Part shown: piece by piece, positions 1 through 11,000 of the stretch
How positions within the stretch are numbered: the stretch's first letter is position 1
Layout of the letters: each line of letters starts with the position of its first letter
Source of the DNA: Mobula hypostoma
Taxonomy: Eukaryota
Direction: 5' to 3'
Assembly: GCF_963921235.1 (NCBI RefSeq)
Contig: NC_086101.1
Location: 3,040,001-3,104,000, forward strand
Length of the DNA: 64,000 nt
The notes under the pieces: model-generated
Seen by the model: the letters and a program-made list of their open reading frames with translations, nothing else
Database searches by the model: none
Told to the model about the DNA's origin: nothing
Position numbers and translations under genes: made by a program

Positions 1-1559
1 TTTGGGACACTTGGATTCTGTCGCATTGAAACAACAGATGAATGTTCCAGCCTTAATCGCTTCATTAAAGGGGTATTTTGTAACAGACTTCCGGTTAATT
101 GTATATAGTTGGAGCCATCCAACACGGCAACAAGAGGTATATTTGAGTTTGTACTTAGAAACATTTCGGAACAGACACCGGTACTGAATATTCAAAGTTA
201 CTATTGTAAACAAGTAATCTGATAAATTTACCCATCTATGTTCCAAATGTTAACACTAATTTGGTGATCAAAGCAACTAACGCTCTAGCTAATTGTTGAA
301 GAAATTTAATCATGGATACAGACCTGGTGGCCTTGGCTGCGTAAATCCAGGGAAAAGGCTCTCCGGCCCCGCCAAACCCGTGAGATCGAGTCGTCTCCCC
401 CGTCCCAAACCGCGGTTTGTTCGGATGCTGTGTAATTTCCTACCCTGTTACAAATTAGTGCCACAAATAACAGACAATGCAATGCGTAAGAATTATATTT
501 ATGAATCTTAACTGAAGGGCTGGTAAAGGAAAGGGCCCATTTTAATTAAACAGTCAACAGTGCACAAGTTGGAGCTGACCATGAACGTCTCTGTCCCTCG
601 GTCTGCGTGACAGCACACACCACCTTCCGAACGTCGCTCGCAATCCCTCTGAAACAAACGGGTCTCCCGGCGGGGCGGATCCTACGACCGCCTCTCCCCG
701 GCGCCTTCTCTCTTCATCTTGATATTCATCTTCATATTGCAAGGAAGTATAGAGGTGATGTCAGATTTTGTCTTTTTGTCCAGAGTGTTGGGTTCGTCGA
801 ACATTAGAGACTCCTTGATAGCCACATGGACGAAAGGTTATGGTCTGTTTAGGAGGGAAGCGTTAGATTAATCTCGGAGTAACTTAGGTCGGCACAATAC
901 TGCCTGCACTGTGCCGTACTGTTCTATCGATCCATCAACACAGAGCGCCGAGCACATTTTATTTATTTAGAGATACCGTGCACCACAGGCCACCGAAACC
1001 CATTGGTTTAACTCGAGCCCAGTCACAATGGCCAATTAACCTACTACCCGATGCGTTTTTGGGCTGTGGGAAACCAGGGTGCGCGGAGCAAACCCACCCA
1101 GTACCGGGATTTTACTGCCTGTTACGCCGCTGGTGTTTCGGGCAGGAATGAAGGCCCTCCATCGCTGATTGTGTTCAGGGCTTCCTTCGTCATGTCAGTA
1201 GTCTCCTCCGATATCTCAAGCTGTAAGAGTGTTGTGCTGACCGCCACACTTCCATATTTGTGATGGCGGGCGGGGAGATTACCGGGTCTGAGAGAAGAGA
1301 GGGGCAGTGCGGTGACTGGTGAATTGGGGAAGAGTTTGAGAGGACAGGTTCCAGGCAGGGCAGTGAGCGGGGTAGAATTGGATGTTAGTGGGAAATCTCC
1401 TTCCTTATCTCTCAGAATCACGTTTAATATCACTGGCCTGCGTTGTGAAATTTGTTGTTTTGCGGCAACAGTATAATATGTTACATAATTTTCGAAACTA
1501 TAAAATATAAGAACTAATATATATATTAGCTATTATATTTTACAGTTTAATATAGATGT

Positions 1560-3030
1560 ATTCTGTCGCAGGGACAGAGTATCCTGAAGATTGTTTTGCC
1601 TGCCTGGTGCCCGGGTTCGGGACATCCTATCTGACCTGTAGAGGAATTTGCAGTGGAAGGGGAAAGATGCAGTTGCCGTGGTCAATGTGGGTACCAACGA
1701 CATCGGTAGAAGAAGGAAAGAGATTCTGCTGAGGGAATTTGAGCTGCTGGGGACCAAATTAAAAAGCAGAACCAAAAAGGTGGTCATCTCTGGATTACTT
1801 CCTGAGCCACTCGCAAATTGGCACAGGGTGAAGAAGATTAGAGAGTTCAAATGTGTGGCTTAAGGATTGGTGTGGGAGAAGTGTGTTTGAATTCATAGGA
1901 AACTGGCAGCAGTATTGGGGAAGAGGGATCTGTCCTAATGGGACAGGCTCCATCTGAACCGTGATGGGACCCGGATCCCGGTGAATGGCATAACTAGGGC
2001 TGTGGATAGGGCTCCACACTAAATAGATGGGGGGTGGGTTCAACAGATTGGAGACGTCTGGATAAAGTAAAAGATAAAAGCATGGATAGAGATATAGGAA
2101 AAGAAATTGATTTAAAAAAGAGAAAAGTAAGAGTGGCGTGCAGAAAAGTCAAGTGCAAAAGAGAAAAAGATTACAGATTTTAAAGGCACCTTATCTGAAT
2201 TCTCGTAGTATTCGTAACGAGGTCAGTGAGCTTGTGGGACAAATCACTACAAAGGGGTATGATTTAGGGGTAGAAACATAGTTGCAGGGTGGAGAGGATT
2301 AGGAATTAATTATCCAAGGATATCAGGTAATACGGAAGGATAGGCAGGGAGGAAGGTAAGGGATATTTGGTAGGGCTCTTAATTAAAGATGAGATCAGGG
2401 CGATAGTGAGAGACGGTATAAGATCTAAGGAGCAAAATGTTGAACCATCTGGGTGGAGATTAGAAAAAAAATCACTGCTGGGAGTTGTCTATCGTCACTG
2501 AATAATAACATTACAGCGGCACAGGCAATAAACAGAGAAATATCTGAGGCATGTCAGAGTGGAACAGCAGTTGTCGTGGGAAATTTAAGTTGCACATAGA
2601 CTGGGTGAATCAAGTTGGTCGAGTCAGTCTTGAGGACTTCGTAGAGTGAATACGCGATAACGTTCTTGAACTGCATGTTACTCCTACAAGGGAACGCGTT
2701 GTCTTAGACCTGGTCGTCTGCAATGAGACAGGTAAAATTAGTAATCTTGTAGTTAGGGATCCTCTTGGAAAGAGTGATCATGGTATGATTGAGTTTCTCA
2801 TACAAATAGAGGGTGCAATAGTTTGAGCTAAAACCAGTGTATTATGCCTAAACAAGGGAGACTACAAAGGGATGAGGGAGGAGTTGGATAGCGTAGACTG
2901 GAACACAGGCTATATGATGGGACGGTTGAGGAACAATGGAGGACTTTCAAAGAGATTTTTCACAGTGCTCATGTCCATGTTGGAGCTGGCTGAGTTTACA
3001 ACTTTCTACAGCTTTTCCAAAACTGTGCCG
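1560..3030 (+). mobile_element. Degenerate CR1 LINE (ORF1 SGNH esterase and ORF2 endonuclease)
   Basis: VVNVGTNDIGRRRKEILLREF...KKVVISGLLP esterase motif, followed by a decayed AP endonuclease region. Confidence 0.8.
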
Positions 3031-3059
3031 TTGCCCCTCCCTACCAAACAGTGATGCAA

Positions 3060-6000
3060 TTGTCTGTCTCAGGAAGGTTAGGGACATTGGCTCATGTTAA
3101 TGTGGATGAGTCCCCAGGGTCAGACAGAATCTGTCCCAGGAGATGACGGGAAGGAAGAGGGGTGTAGTTAGGGAGACCTGGAAACCAGAGGTTTGTCTGT
3201 CACGGACGGGGTGTCAGATGACCAGAGGATGGTTCATGCTGTTCGCTCACTCAAAGATGACAGTAGGGATGAGCCAGCAAACTGAAGGCTGGTGAAATAC
3301 TTGGAAAACATCCTCATGGGCAGCGTCCGTGAAATGCAGGAGGGATGAATTAACAGGAGTCGGAATGGTTTAGTGCAGGGGAGATCAGGTAACAGGAAAT
3401 GCATCTGTTTTCTCCTGGAAACGCAGCAGGGATGGATTAAGAGGAGTCAGAATGGTTTGGTGCAGGGGAGATCAGGTCTCTTGCTTTTCCCTGCAGGAGG
3501 TAGCTGAGAAAATGGCTGAAGGTAGGAGGTAAATGTGGTTGGAAGGATTTTAGCAAGGTTTTCAGAATCAGATCGCTGTTCATTATTCTGGGGTTCTGTT
3601 GTTTCAAACACGACAGAGCGGGAGGGATTAAAGAAAGAGGGGTGGTTTTCCTAGACAGGGAAAATGACACAGCAGTGCTCAGTCTGGACAGACTGGGGAA
3701 CTTGTCTAGCGACTCTGTATAGATCAAAAGTACGAGACGTAGGACGACATTAATGAGGCTATATTACCGACCACTCAACAGACTCGGCATTCAGAGGAAC
3801 AAACCTGTAGAGAGATCACAGACTGTTGCAAGAAACATAATGTTGTTTTAGGAGGTGATTTTAGCTTTTCAGATATTGACTGAGGCTCCCACACTGTCAA
3901 AGGGTGAGAGTTTGTCAAATGTGTTCAAAAAAGTTTCTTTAATCAGCATGTAGAAGCCCCAGTGACAGAGGATGCAATGGCCCATTTCCTCCCGGGAACG
4001 AGGCAGGGTAGGTGACAGAAGTTTGTGTAGGGGAACACTTGGCACCCAGTGACCACAATGTCATTAGTTTCAAATGAAATATGGAAAAGGATAGGTCTGG
4101 TCCACCGGTTGAGATTCTAAATTGGAGAAAGGCGAATTTTGATGGTTTCAGAAATTATTTGGCAACTGTGGATTGGAAGAGGTTCTTTTCTGGGAAAGGT
4201 ATACTTAGTAAGTGGGAAGCCTTGCAAAGTACAATTTTGTGAGTACAAAGCTTGTATCTGCCTGTCAGAATAAAAGGTAAAGATAACAAGTGTAGGGACG
4301 CTTGATTTTCAGGAAATATTTACACCCTCGGTAAGAAAAAAAACTGCATAGTCGGTTTTGGCTGGTAGGAAAAATGTGGTAGTTATGGAGCATGAGAAAT
4401 ACTAGGGAGTGTTTACGAAATCAGGAGGGCTAAAAGAAGGTACTAAGTTGCCCTAGGAGGCAGGGTGAAGGATAATCCTAGGTGAGGCAAAGCGACATCA
4501 GCTTCATAGACCCTATACAGATGAGCAGGTGCTTACTGTCCTGTGGCAAGTCACGGTGGATAAATCCCCAGAAGCTCCCTCAGACCCCACAGGAGGCAAG
4601 TGCAGAAACTGCTGGAGCCACAGCAGAGATATTTAAATCATCCTCAGCAATGAGAGAGGTACGAGAGGATTGGAGGATCGCCAATATTGTTCGGCTGCTC
4701 AAAAAAGACTCTAAACATAAACCAGAAAATTATAGGCCAGTGAGATTGACATCATTAGTGAGAAAGTTATTGGAAGTGTGACGAAATCCTAAGGTTTGCC
4801 CATTATGGACTGTGCCTTTAAGAACACTGACTGTGGGACAGAAAAAGCTTTTCAGCACAAACAGCTTGTTACGGGGGGGGGCGGGGGCAAAGACTGCTCA
4901 CAGTTTGTTTGGGATGTACGCAAGGACACTGCCAGCTTCTCAGTTCTGGCAGAGAGAGAGAGAGAGAGAGAGGGGAGGAGCTACTTGATGGACAGCTGGT
5001 GTTCAACTCCACAGTACTTAAACCAGCGTAGCTGCTTGTTTCGCAGGACATGCAGAGGAGGCGCATAAAGGCTGGTGATGAAAGAGTCACTGAACTCTCT
5101 GAGTGCCCACGAGGGTGGGTTGTGGACGATCAGAAGAGGTCGATCAGTGGTCATCGCCGTACGTGTAAGGGCGACTCTGTGGGAGCCACCGGTGTGTCTG
5201 ACCCTTGCCTGGGTTGGTAGGTTGTCACTTGAAGACGGCGCTCTTAAGTTGGTCAAGTTTGGCTAACTTGGAAGATTTAGCGGACACACAGACACAGAAG
5301 AAACGGACACTGGATGATCTTTGAGTGCCCACAGACGGGTAGGTTTTTGTGGATCGATCGGGTGAATCAACCACTGGCTCTCGGAGTCTGGAAAAAGGGG
5401 TGACCGGTGGAAAGCTATCAGTGTGTTTAACCCTTGCCTGGGTTGATAGTTTTACCACGTGAAGACGGTACCTTTAGTGTGGTCACTTTCGCTGACCTTA
5501 AAAGATTCGGAGAACCACGGAAAGGTCGACGGCATCGGCTTACTTGGATAACAAATCACCTCTCTCTCTCCTCAATTCCACTCTAATTACGTTTACATAC
5601 CCTCGTAAGACGGTATCAAATACCACCTAAGTTTAAAGGTGTTTGGGTTTTGTATTTACCCACCTATATATGCATAAACTCTGCTAACCTGCTTGATTTA
5701 TCTGGTTTTATGTTACTTTATTATGTAGTTACTAATAAAATAGTGTTAGTTAACAGCAAAACCAGACTCCAGGTGTGTCCCATTTTAACCCGTCACAGGG
5801 TACGTAACAGAAGATCCTCTAACGCATCGGATATTGGCATTTGGATAGACGGGGGCTGATTACGGATCGTCAGCATGGCTGGTGTGTGGTCAGGTCAAGG
5901 ACGACCATCAGAGCTTGAGCAGGATCTGGGTCAGCTGAAAAGTGTCAGATGGAATTTAATGGCGGCAGGTGCAAGCTGTTTTCATTTCGGTAGGACAAAC

Positions 6001-6560
6001 CATAGTAGGTCTTACACAGCGAACAGTAGAGCACTGGGGACTGTGGTAGAACAAAGGGGTCTGGCAACAGAGGTCCATAATTCATTGAAAGTAGCGTCAC
6101 AGGTAGACTGGGTCGTGAAGAAAACTTTTGTCACATTGGCCTTCATAAATCAAAGTTTTATTGTTCAAAAGATGGGCTGTTAAGCCATTGGTGAGGCCTA
6201 ATTTGGAATATTATGTGCAGTTTTGGTCAGTTACATACAGGAAAGATGTAATAAAGTTTGAAAGTACAGAGAAAATTTACAAAGATGATGCTGGGTCTGA
6301 GTTCTCAGGAAAGATTAGGACTTTATTCTTTAGAGCGTAGAAGATTGAGAGCAGATTTGATGAGGTATACAGATTATGAGGGGTATATTTAGGGTAAATG
6401 CAAGCAGGCTTTTCTACTGAGGGAGGGTGGGACTACAACGAGAGGTCATGGGTTAAGCGTGATGGGTGAGAAGTCTAAAGGGAATATGAGGGGAAACTTC
6501 TTCATTCAGAGGGTCGTGAGAGTGTGGAATGAGCTGTCAACACAAGTGATCCATGTGAGC
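3060..6560 (+). mobile_element. Decayed CR1 ORF2 fragments interrupted by a solo LTR
   Basis: EDWRIANIVRLLKK..PENYRPVRLTSLV, HFGRTN and GNFFIQRVVRVWNEL motifs with frameshifts. Confidence 0.8.
4777..5809 (+). mobile_element. Solo LTR (probably Gypsy-type)
   Basis: Termini TGTGACG...CGTAACA, 4-bp TSD GAAG, internal AATAAA. The empty site ttattggaagatattc is present in paralogous flanks at ~17435 and ~51395. Confidence 0.85.
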
Positions 6561-7054
6561 TCCAGGCAGTCCGCGATGAGTTGGACGCTGACAGGCGACT
6601 GTTGCGACGCTGCTGGTGAGAGTCTCTGCCTGGATCGGTCTCTGCCGTTGTGTGGAGAGGGGTGGGGCGGCTGCGGGGCTGCTACACGGGCAGCAGATTG
6701 CTTTCTGTATTGTACTGCCCCGGCTCGCGTATCCGGACAAGTCGGACGCAACATCCATGGTCGACACTGACCGACGGAGACCTGACTGTGCTCTGCCTGA
6801 CCTGCTGAGTTCCTCCAGCAGTCTGTGTTTACTGCCCAGGTTTCCAGCCTCTGAGAATTTCTCAGGCAGCAGGAGGAAGTAGTGGTGGTTGGGGTGTGGA
6901 GAGGGGGGTTATGATCAGCCTTTCTACTGAGGGAAAGCTGTTTTTCAGGCTGCTGCTCTTGTGGTTGATGCGAGTGAACCTCCTTATCCTGTTACTGATT
7001 TACCAGCTGCAGTTTGCTGGGGGTCCATTTCCGGGTTGTGAACCGTCCCAGAGT

Positions 7055-7353
7055 CGAGGGTTGGGGCGGGACGTTTAAAGCGATTGTCTAGCGGGGACGT
7101 AATTGGATACTGGAGATTACACCCCGCCCTATTTCCCTGATCATTGGCTGAATTTCAACTAATCACATAAGAACGCGGGGATATTCAATTACTGGCATAC
7201 GGTTGCTAGGTAATTGGATGCACTGCAGATTACACCAAACCGTAATTGGCTAAATTTGAATTAATTAAATTACAAAGTGGGGGTATTTAATTCCCGGGAC
7301 GCGGTTTCCCCTGAAACAGAATCAGACCGTGAGTGGAGCGTGTTCACGGACCG
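7055..7353 (+). promoter_or_regulatory. Putative promoter and non-coding exon 1 of copy A
   Basis: GC boxes (GGGGCGGG, CCCCGCCC), ATTGG (inverted CCAAT) at 7102, 7143, 7213 and 7245, CpG-rich, candidate donors GTGAGT at 7329 and 7354. Exon 2 acceptor precedes 7924. Confidence 0.6.
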
Positions 7354-7447
7354 GTGAGTGACCATTATCCCCGACACCCTGCGCTCCCTCTCCCGCGGAC
7401 TGACGGCGTCCCTCACGGACCCGCAGCCCCGCTGGGAGCTCGCTAGC

Positions 7448-7620
7448 CGCGGCAGTGTAGTGGTTCGCGTAGCGCCGAGATCCGGGTTCAAGTCCCACCG
7501 CAGTCTGTAAGGAGTTAATCGGTTCTGCCCAGGACCGTCCGGGTTTCCTCCGGGGAAAGAGGTCCTGGTTAGAAGGTTAATTGCTCACAAGGGTGGAATT
7601 GGGTGTCGAGGGCTTCAGGG
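7448..7620 (+). mobile_element. tRNA-derived V-SINE/HE1-like relic in intron 1 (also ~16715, ~24685, ~52795)
   Basis: A box AGTGTAGTGG, B box GGTTCAAGTCC, then ctgtaaggagtt...gggtttcctccggg. Confidence 0.55.
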
Positions 7621-8017
7621 GCGGATCTCTAAATAATTAGGGTTGGCGGTCAGTCTCTTTGCCAGGGTGAAATGTCAAATAGGAGAGGGCGCGGGGTAAA
7701 GATGACGGGGAGTGGGGAGGGGGCGTTGAGGGTAAATTGTTTTACACAGTGATGGGTGCCTGGAACGGGCTCCGGGGTGGGGTGGAAGCAGATATGATTG
7801 TGGTGTGTCGGGGCATTTACACAGACACTCACACATTACGGGAACGGAGTGATTTGAATTCTCTACATTTGGGCCGGATTAGTTAAAACCGGCGTGGTGA
7901 CTGTGTCCTGTCCTACGTTCCAGGTTCTTCCAGCCCTGGAATTGGGAATTCTGCTCAGCCGGAATTCTGCCTTCAGAAGGAACTAGAGCGAGCTGAGAGA
8001 CTGGGATACCCGTGAGG

Positions 8018-11000
8018 ATGCCGCACTCCGATGGGAAGGCAGAGATGCTCCTGTGGATACTGACAGGTACTGGGAGATCCCACTCCGGAGAAGGGACCGA
8101 GATGTGGGTTCATTCTGAAACACTGTGGGCTTGATGTCATATGACTATCGGTAACACAAAATACTCTGCAGATGCTGGGGTCAAAGCAACACTCACAACA
8201 CGCTGGAGGAGCTCAGCAGGTCGGGCAGCATCCGTGGAAACGATCAGTTGACGTTTCCAGCCGGAACACTTCGTCAGGACCAAACTTGGTCCGACGAAGG
8301 GTTCCAGCCCGAAACGTCGACTGATTGTTTCCACGGATGCTGCCTGACCTGCTGAGTTCCTCCAGCGTGTTGTGAGTGTTCATATGACTATAGGTATTGG
8401 GTTTATTAGCTCTGACCTATGGTGTGATATTCTATCTTTTATTGCAGCAGTACAGTGTAAAGCCATAAAAATCTATTGATTATAAAAACAAATAAAGAAG
8501 AAAAAATAGTGAGGTGTTGTTCATGGAGAGTTCAGAAACCTGTCTGAGGACAAGAAGGTGTTGCTGAATCATTGAGTGAGTGTCTCAGGCTCCTGTCCCT
8601 CCTCCCTGTTGGCAGCAATGAGAAGAGGGTATGTTCTGGGTGCTGAGGGTCCTTCATGTTGGTTGCTGCCTTCCTGAGGCTTCATCTTTGATCATCTGCT
8701 GGTGGTTGGGTTGTGTTTGTGATGGAGATGGCTGAGTTTACAACCCTCTGTGGCTTCATCTGATCCTGGGCAGTTCCAGGTGGTAATGCAACCGATCACA
8801 ATGCTCTCTCTGGTACATCTGGAGAACTTTTACTCTACTGGGACGTAGGCTATTGACAGCAACTCTCCAAATTCCTCTGACCTGGGCCAGTCTTTCAAGT
8901 TGTCTGCAGATGCAGCCGATCTTCGAAGATCCTTCCTCTCCCAGGGACGAGGTCTTTGGAGCTTCTGTTGCTGGCCACACCACACCTGCCCCCCGTGCCC
9001 AACCCCCATCCTTTCATAGCTGAGCTGAAACAGACTATTGTGGAGATTTGTATGTCTTTGATGACGTAACAAATCCTCTCAAACTTGCAATGAAGTAGAG
9101 ATTTTGGCGTGTCTTCTTCATTATTGCATCAATATCTTGGTCCCAGGATAGAAATTCTGAGATGCTGACACCCAGAAACTTGAAACTGCTCACCCTTTCC
9201 AACGCTGATCCCTCAGTGAGGACTCGTCCACAATCAGTTCCCTGGTCTGACTGTCGTTGTGGGTGAGGCTGTTGTTGTAACACCACTCAAGCAGCTGATC
9301 CATCTCACTGCTGTATGTCTCCTCGTCTCCATCTGAGATCCTGTCAAAAGTGTTCAGGACAGAATTAAACCCTTTGGCCCATCGCACTCATGTTGGACAT
9401 TGTGCCTATCTATTATAGCCCCAACACTTGGCCAGTGACCTGTGCCTTGGCAATACAAGTGCTGGTGGAGAGACTTGTTTAACATTGTACAAGTCTCTGC
9501 CTCCACCTCCCTGTCAGGCTGTGTGCTCCAATTCCAACCACCCTCTGCTTCAGCCCCCTTGAACTTGCCCCAGTGTGTGCCCTTTGGTTAAAGACTGCTC
9601 GGTTGAGTGGTGTTGCAACAGCAATGTCAGTCAGACCAAGGAACTGAATGTGGACTTCAGGAAGGGGATCAAACACCAGTCCTCATCAAGGGGTAAACTG
9701 TGGAAAGGGTGAGCACTTTCGAGGTTCTGGGTGCCAACATCTCTGAAGCTCTCTCCTGGGCCCAACATACTGATGCAATAATGAATTGTCATATCAGTTA
9801 CGAATATTGACCATCTAGTAAAATGTCTGTCTTTGAATTCCGGCCTTGGCAGAACAATTGCCATTCACAGTACACGTGCTAAAAGTGAATCGAAACTGCA
9901 AGCTGGCAACAGATGATACTTTGAAGTTGGTAAAGCGATTGTCCCTTAGTTGTTCAATGTGTTTCACATCTTTCTGTTATTTCTATCTTATCTATCTCCA
10001 GCAACCCCGATGTATAAAGGGAACCAAAGTTCTTCAAAGACCTTTCCTAAGTAAAAGTTCTGTCTCCAGACTCACCATCTCCAGGTAGATTACACATCGT
10101 CATGATCAACCTTGCCTGTCCCATCTGCCGGAAGCAGGGGTGGCTCCACATTCTGACTTCAGAGGTCTGGGTTGACCACAACTGCCCCAGGCCAATCTTG
10201 ACAGGACATTGTCTTTAACCCGTCTTACCTTAATGTCCACAGTAGTGGCTATATTTTAATAGGAGTTTTTCAGAAGATTTGTGGCACCAAAGTCTATCCA
10301 ATTTCTACAGAAATTCTCTGCTCCCTGTAACGGGTGTGAGGATGATCACTTCTCCATGTTTTATTCCAGTCCTTCCCACTGTGGTCCAGTGCAGAGCGGC
10401 CGTGGTCTCCCCGGACTCAATCACCACCGTCCCTGTTGGTGGATCCGTCCACTTCCCCATCCTCCATGGCAGCGAGGACAAGTACGAGGTGACTCTGGGG
10501 AAAACGTCCCCGAACCAGCTGAAGATCTTGGCCTGGATGTCAGACCGACCAGAGTCTCCGTATGTGATCCGGCCGTCCTACAGGAACCGGATTCACTTCC
10601 GGAGAGATGGTGTTATCGAGATGAGAGGCATCAAGATGAGTGACCAGGGGACGTACGAGGTGCAGACAAACTACTTTGGGAGGGAGCTGAGAAAACGTGA
10701 CCGTGACCAGTTTGAGATCCATGTTGTCGGTGAGTATTAGTTTTAGAAAGCACAAGAGCACAGCAACAGACCATTCAGCCCATTAAGTCTGTACTGGATT
10801 ATGAAAGTGTCATAGATCACCACAGCCATTCGGTCCGTGTGGTCTGTCGAACTGTATTCTCCCGAGTCGCATTGACCCATACGTGGACCATAGCCCTCCT
10901 TACCCCTCCCATCCATATATCATCCAAAATTTCTCTTCAATACAGAAATCAAACCCACATCCACCATTTGCTCTGCCAGCTCAGTCCATGCTCTCACTAC

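Noticed and set aside
300..760. Possible LTR-like fragment at the window start
   Set aside because: No clear paired termini or TSD could be identified.
5875..6183. MAGVWSGQGR... ORF present four times
   Set aside because: Decayed CR1 RT carried along in the duplicated flank, not a conserved gene.
10279..10740. Single-exon ORF calls around the V and C2 exons (also 11735, 30670, 33385, 55128, 57393)
   Set aside because: Their starts and ends are intronic; real boundaries are the AG/GT sites given in the gene models.
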